From Syntrophales bacterium (GTDB taxonomy: Bacteria; Desulfobacterota; Syntrophia; Syntrophales; UBA2210): DNA of 64,000 bases. Within the stretch, counting starts at the first letter, position 1, and each line of letters begins with the position of its first letter. The translations under genes and the position numbers were made by a program. Under the pieces are notes generated by a model. That model searched no databases, was not told the origin of the DNA, and saw only the letters and a list, made by a program, of their open reading frames with translations. This document shows, one piece after another, positions 59,336 through 64,000 of this stretch. The DNA is taken from the NCBI GenBank assembly GCA_963666365.2, contig CAXXNF010000001.1, positions 416,001-480,000 of the forward strand. The letters run 5' to 3'.

Positions 59336-60109
59336 TTATTTCAGAAGATCTGACGTCCGGAACCGTATTCCCAGCTCAATGGATTGCTCATCGAGCCATT
59401 CCGGAAGAACGGGAAAGGGGGCCGCCTTTTTAACCGCCTTATCGGCAGATTCATCAAAAAACTGGTTCCCTGATCGTTGCTCAAATTCAATGTCCCCCAA
59501 AGTTCCGTCTTTACGAATTATCGCCGCAAGGACCGCTTCGAGATTATCGTTTGTCAACATACCCTCAGGCCACGCCCAATGCTCTTTGATTTTTGCCCAC
59601 ACAATTGAATAATAGACCTGCATTTTCACGTTCACCTCGCCCCTCCCATCTCCCCCGGCATCAGCGGATGGGACTGAAGCAGGGGCAACGGAACCGCCGG
59701 CTCGGGATGTCGATTCAGGCATCGATGCAACTTTCTGCTTAATTTTGTTAATCGCATCATCGACGTTCTTCACCGGCACCCTTTTTCGAATCCGAATCGG
59801 TTTAATAGGAACCGCCTGAACGTCCTCAACGCTTTTTTTCATGACCACCGCACTTTCTCTGGAATCCATTCTTACCGTATCCCAGGGAATCGTCTTCGCG
59901 GGACCGGTCCGATTCATACTGGCGGGCACAGTAACCAGGTCAACCGTATAGGCCGGTCCAAAGGTCCACTTCGGCGACGGGACCGATGGGGAAAAAAGGA
60001 TTATCGAAAGAACGAGCGCGTGAAGCAGCAAAGAGATCACTATCATATTATTCAAACTGATGCCGTCACTGCGCCTGTCCTTCGCCTTCTCACTGAGGTA
60101 CATCCACAT
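59336..60109 (-). CDS. tolA: TolA/TonB C-terminal domain protein
   Basis: S..LH TM motif, SGN..FD.SA..AV..A.PFP and operon position. Confidence 0.85.
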   Translation of the reverse strand: MWMYLSEKAKDRRSDGISLNNMIVISLLLHALVLSIILFSPSVPSPKWTFGPAYTVDLVTVPASMNRTGPAKTIPWDTVRMDSRESAVVMKKSVEDVQAVPIKPIRIRKRVPVKNVDDAINKIKQKVASMPESTSRAGGSVAPASVPSADAGGDGRGEVNVKMQVYYSIVWAKIKEHWAWPEGMLTNDNLEAVLAAIIRKDGTLGDIEFEQRSGNQFFDESADKAVKKAAPFPVLPEWLDEQSIELGIRFRTSDLLK

Positions 60110-60522
60110 TATTCCTTTGGGGGTTTTGTGATCATGCCAAGTTTATCCACCCCGGCTTTTCTCACTTCAGACATAACCTCGACCACGAATCCATAGGGAA
60201 CAGTCTCATCGGCGCGCATGAATATTTCTCTGTCTATTCTGGCGGCAAAAATACTTTCCAGTTTGGCTTTCAGATCATCAATGGTCGCCTTGTAACGATT
60301 AATATAAATCTCTTTATCGGCATTGATGGTCAAAATCAGCTTTTCTTCTCCCACATCGACACTTTTCGCCTTCACCCGGGGAAGGTTGACGTCGATCCCC
60401 ATCTGGAGCATCGGCGCGGTTACCATGAATATGATGAGAAGCACTAAAATGACATCGACCAGCGGCGTGACATTTATGTCCGAAACGGGTTTGCTATTTC
60501 TGCTGTTTTGCGATCTTCTCAT
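60109..60522 (-). CDS. tolR: TolR
   Basis: INVTPLVDV.LVLLIIFMVTAP and AD..V.YG. Confidence 0.95.
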   Translation of the reverse strand: MRRSQNSRNSKPVSDINVTPLVDVILVLLIIFMVTAPMLQMGIDVNLPRVKAKSVDVGEEKLILTINADKEIYINRYKATIDDLKAKLESIFAARIDREIFMRADETVPYGFVVEVMSEVRKAGVDKLGMITKPPKE

Positions 60523-61283
60523 TGCTGCTGGGCATTTCTCACGTAGAAACGTTCTATTATATTGAGGAACTCCGACGAAAAATTCTCAGTCTCCACATGT
60601 AGGGATCGTATCTTACTGAGATAGTAATTATAAAATACAACCGCCGGAATGGCCGCCGCAAGACCGGCCGCCGTCGCAATCAACGCCTCCGATATTCCAG
60701 GCGCCACTACGGAAAGCGTTGCCGATCCCCTCACGCCAATGCCCTTGAAGGCATTCATAATCCCCCATACCGTTCCAAAAAGGCCGATAAAGGGACAGGC
60801 ACTTCCCGTGGTCGCCAAAAACCCGAGCGTGCCTTCGAGTTTGGTCACTTCCGAATCGCAGGCACGATTAAGCGCCCGTTCGATATTGTCCATTCCTCGA
60901 AGCTCTAATGAAAAGACACCCTCATCCGTCGCGTCGGCATTCACGGCGTCCCGCTTCGCCCCGGCAATTTTACTCAGTTCTGTATAGCCTGCCCTGAACA
61001 CCTCCGCAATTGTGGAATATCTGAATTTTTTCGATTCGGGAAATATGGTTGAAAGTTTGTTGCTTCTCATATAGGCGGCAAGAAAAAGCTCGTTTTCCTT
61101 CTTTGCGCGTCTGATCATTCGGTACTTCATAAAAATGATTGCCCAGGAAACCACTGAGAAGCATAAAAGTATCAAAAGCACAAACTGGACCATCGGCCCG
61201 GCGCCGAAAATCATATCCAGAACATTGCCGTGGAATTGCTTTCCGATATCCGCGGCAGTCACTGCCAGGGCTTCACTCACCAT
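60519..61283 (-). CDS. tolQ: TolQ
   Basis: PFIGLFGTVWGIM and VAPGISEALIATA. Confidence 0.96.
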   Translation of the reverse strand: MVSEALAVTAADIGKQFHGNVLDMIFGAGPMVQFVLLILLCFSVVSWAIIFMKYRMIRRAKKENELFLAAYMRSNKLSTIFPESKKFRYSTIAEVFRAGYTELSKIAGAKRDAVNADATDEGVFSLELRGMDNIERALNRACDSEVTKLEGTLGFLATTGSACPFIGLFGTVWGIMNAFKGIGVRGSATLSVVAPGISEALIATAAGLAAAIPAVVFYNYYLSKIRSLHVETENFSSEFLNIIERFYVRNAQQQ

Positions 61284-61318
61284 CCTCTTCCTCGCTCGCT
61301 TACGTATTTTGTTACAAG

Positions 61319-61347
61319 GTTGTAGTGTAAAATGCGTGCATTGTCAA
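61319..61347 (-). promoter_or_regulatory. Putative sigma70 promoter of tol-pal
   Basis: TTGACA-N17-TACAAC on the minus strand. Confidence 0.55.
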
Positions 61348-61432
61348 CATCTCTTTTGACAGGTGTAGACCTAACAGTTTGCAATTATAACAATAATCAT
61401 GGAGATGATCCCGGCATTATACACGGAACAGA

Positions 61433-63154
61433 CTATGCGCTGTAGTGCCTGTAACTGTTGCGACCTGACTCTTTCGCCCGGTACATGGCAATATCGGCCT
61501 TCTTGACAAGTGCCTCAGGGTCGCTGTCCTGTGCGGGATAGAAAGAAATCCCCAGACTGGCCGTCACTTCAAGGCGATGATCCCCAAGCAGAAAGGGCTC
61601 GCGAATGGCGGAGAGAATTTTTTCCGCAATCAGATCAGCATCCTTTTCATGAGTCATATCAGGCAAAAGCATGATAAACTCGTCTCCCCCTATACGGCTC
61701 ACCGTATCGCTTTTACGAAGACAGTCCTTCAGACGGCCCCCCAGGTCTTTGAGTAGAAGGTCCCCCACATTGTGGCCCAGCCTATCGTTGATGTCCTTAA
61801 AGTGATCCAGATCAAAAAACATGACGGCAAGTTTTTTCTTATAGCGCCGGGCCTTTGAAAGCTCCATGGCTAGTCGATCATTGAAAAGCACCCTGTTGGG
61901 AAGACCTGTCAATTGGTCATGGGTGGCCATGTGGGCAAGCCTGCGTTCGGTTTCCTTGTACTCGGTCATGTCCTTTCCCACACAAAATACGACATTTCTG
62001 CCCTTCAAAACAGTGGGAGTAACCGCCAGTTCGAGATATTTCGTTTTCTCCCGGACATAATATTCCACTTCCCTGGTTCCGCCGGATCTCCAGAGTTCAC
62101 GGCGCTTTTGCAGCAGTATCTTTTTCCGTTCCGGGTCAGGGGGAAGGAAATCACTGATGTTTTTGGTTTTCAACTCTTCCCCGGTACATTCAAGAAAAAG
62201 GAGGGCCGCGTCATTGTAGTCCATGAAATTACCGCGGGGGTCGATAATGATAATAGGGCTTGAGGTCTTGGTAAAAAGATTGCGGTAGCGTTCCTCGCTT
62301 TCTTCCAGTTCCCGCACTGCTCTTTTCTGTTTCGTCACATCACGAGAGAGCCCCCTGAAACCGACAGGAATCCCCTGTGAGTTGCGTTTAAGTGACACAT
62401 GCATCTGCCGTATCCTTACAGTACCGTCCCTGTGAAACACTTCATAATCGTCAACGTCAACCGGCGTTCCCGTTTTATAGGCCTCACTAAAAACCGGTAT
62501 AACCTGCCTGACCGCTTCCGGTTTTGAATACCGTCGATAATTCATGCCGATCAGTTCTTCCCTCGCATATCCGGACATTCTGCAGAGGGCATCGTTTACA
62601 AAGGTCATATTTCCTTTCAGATCGGTTTCGAAATAGCCCTCGTCAATCTCTTCAAGCAGTGTCCGGTATCGTTCTTCACTTTCTCTCAGAACACGCTCTG
62701 CCTCTATGCGCTCGGTCATGTCGATAAAGACGCCTCTGAATCCGATCGGTTCATGATCCCTGTTCATTCTGAAGACTCTCAACCTGACGAAATGCCTGGC
62801 CCTGTCATTGTCATAGACAACACAATTATCGATATCGACGGGGATCCCCGTCCGAAACAACCCAAAAAAAAGGGAAAAGAGCCGGTGCGCCGTTTCCTCA
62901 TCGGTATAATCCCGATAGTTCACCCCGATCAGTTCATCGCATGTTGTGTAGCCCATTTTGCGGCACAAAGATTCGCTTACAAAGGTAAAGTTTCCTCTCA
63001 CATCGATCTCGAAGTAGCCGTCCTCTATATTGTCGAGGATCGTCCGGTACCGTTCTTCATCTATCTGCAGGCGCTTGCTTTCCAAACGACGGACGCATAG
63101 ACGCAATTCATCAATCAGCTTTTCCCTTGTCATCGATGAGTAATTCACCGTCAT
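61433..63154 (-). CDS. PAS-PAS-PAS-GGDEF diguanylate cyclase
   Basis: Three E(S)EERYR-initiated PAS domains, HDQLTGLPNR, intact GGDEF and an RKSD I-site five residues upstream. Confidence 0.95.
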   Translation of the reverse strand: MTVNYSSMTREKLIDELRLCVRRLESKRLQIDEERYRTILDNIEDGYFEIDVRGNFTFVSESLCRKMGYTTCDELIGVNYRDYTDEETAHRLFSLFFGLFRTGIPVDIDNCVVYDNDRARHFVRLRVFRMNRDHEPIGFRGVFIDMTERIEAERVLRESEERYRTLLEEIDEGYFETDLKGNMTFVNDALCRMSGYAREELIGMNYRRYSKPEAVRQVIPVFSEAYKTGTPVDVDDYEVFHRDGTVRIRQMHVSLKRNSQGIPVGFRGLSRDVTKQKRAVRELEESEERYRNLFTKTSSPIIIIDPRGNFMDYNDAALLFLECTGEELKTKNISDFLPPDPERKKILLQKRRELWRSGGTREVEYYVREKTKYLELAVTPTVLKGRNVVFCVGKDMTEYKETERRLAHMATHDQLTGLPNRVLFNDRLAMELSKARRYKKKLAVMFFDLDHFKDINDRLGHNVGDLLLKDLGGRLKDCLRKSDTVSRIGGDEFIMLLPDMTHEKDADLIAEKILSAIREPFLLGDHRLEVTASLGISFYPAQDSDPEALVKKADIAMYRAKESGRNSYRHYSA

Positions 63155-63278
63155 CTTCAGTCCCTTTTTTGTGTATGCTATTAGAATATCCCATTAAAAT
63201 TGTAAATAAAAAAATAACTCACTGTTTCTTAGTACAAGTTTTCTTGCAAAGGGCGCAAAGTGTGATATGAATTTTGAC

Positions 63279-64000
63279 ATGAATACCAATAAGATTATTT
63301 CTCCCCTTCTTATTCTTTTTTTGGTCTTCTCCCTGTGGAATTGCGACTCATCGCCGCAGAAGGGAACCCCCGGGGAGCAGTCCACCGTAAACGATTCCGC
63401 GCCCGCCTATGGCGACATTATCGTGGTGGGTTCCATCGGCGACGCCTCAAATCTCATTCCCATTCTTTCTTCAGACAGCTCTTCTCACAGCATTTCCGGC
63501 CTTATCTTCAACGGACTGGTAAAATACGACAGGGATTTGAATCTGGTGGGCGATCTGGCGGAGTCGTGGGAAGTCTCCGAAGACGGCCTGACAATTACTT
63601 TTCACCTGAGAGAGGGGATCACCTGGCATGACGGAACACCCTTTACCGCCGACGACGTGCTTTACACCTACCAAGTCACCATAGATCCGAAGACTCCCAC
63701 CGCCTATGCCGGCGACTTTCTCAAGGTCACCACTGCGAAGGTGCTTGATCCCCACACCTTCCGCGTCACCTACGACAAACCCTTTGCGCCGGCCCTTTCG
63801 AGCTGGGGGGCATCGATTCTCCCAAGACATCTTCTGGAAGGAAAGGACATTACAAAAAGCCCACTGACCAGGCGTCCTGTCGGTACAGGACCATATATGT
63901 TTAAGGAGTGGGTGACGGGACAGAAAATCGTCCTTGCGGCAAATCCTCATTACTTTGAGGGGCGCCCCTACATTGACGGGTATATCATGCGCATAATTCC
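63279..64000 (+). CDS. Peptide ABC transporter substrate-binding lipoprotein (family 5), partial
   Basis: Not in the ORF track. MNTNKIISPLLILFLVFSLWNC...GDLAESWEVSEDG.TITF.LR....WHDG.PFTA.DV...PVGTGPY runs off the window end (alternative start 63267). Confidence 0.93.
   Translation, partial: MNTNKIISPLLILFLVFSLWNCDSSPQKGTPGEQSTVNDSAPAYGDIIVVGSIGDASNLIPILSSDSSSHSISGLIFNGLVKYDRDLNLVGDLAESWEVSEDGLTITFHLREGITWHDGTPFTADDVLYTYQVTIDPKTPTAYAGDFLKVTTAKVLDPHTFRVTYDKPFAPALSSWGASILPRHLLEGKDITKSPLTRRPVGTGPYMFKEWVTGQKIVLAANPHYFEGRPYIDGYIMRII

Noticed and set aside
1..64000. Hidden selenoproteins (in-frame TGA), prompted by selB
   Set aside because: The TGA-ending genes I checked (XRE, TIGR04076, hydrolase, DUF169, pgk) appear complete, and TIGR04076 read-through gives no sensible extension. 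A formal bSECIS scan was not possible.
1..64000. CRISPR arrays, IS elements, prophage or defence genes
   Set aside because: No repeat-spacer periodicity, and no transposase, integrase, phage or defence motifs seen

Overview
Bacterial chromosomal segment. Gene content and order (selB, fdhD, tandem acyl-CoA synthetases, Cys-rich ferredoxin family, trmD followed by a second SPOUT methyltransferase) suggest an anaerobic Desulfobacterota/Syntrophales-like organism; this is inference. About 1-13.5 kb is an accessory metabolic patch: a truncated secreted protein, a thiolase/XRE-cupin/acyl-CoA dehydrogenase operon, an orphan CoA-transferase alpha subunit flanked by operon remnants, TIGR04076 plus a Cys-rich Fe-S protein plus an epoxide-hydrolase-like enzyme, a divergent PGK, DUF1330/DUF169/DUF4010 and an iron-sulfur flavoprotein. 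About 13.5-32 kb is the dcw cluster (mraZ..ftsZ, no ddl) preceded by ruvX-mltG. Then come selB-fdhD-yhaM, two tandem propionyl-CoA-synthetase-like genes, yjbQ-maf-yggS, pilD, argS-SPOR, ffh-rpsP-khpA-rimM-trmD-SPOUT-rplS-rnhB-yraN-rsmI, ctpA-yibQ-TPR-LolB-like, tolQRAB-pal-cpoB, a PAS-PAS-PAS-GGDEF cyclase and a partial peptide ABC binding protein. I saw no CRISPR array, rRNA, tRNA, IS, prophage or recognisable defence system, and I cannot claim a clearly new system. The best leads are an FdhD lacking its catalytic Cys loop and coupled to selB and yhaM, the decayed TRAP/CoA-transferase operon, a divergent PGK, an uncharacterised Cys-rich redox cluster, and a switch-like argS leader. All family calls come from motif recognition by eye; no database searches were run.
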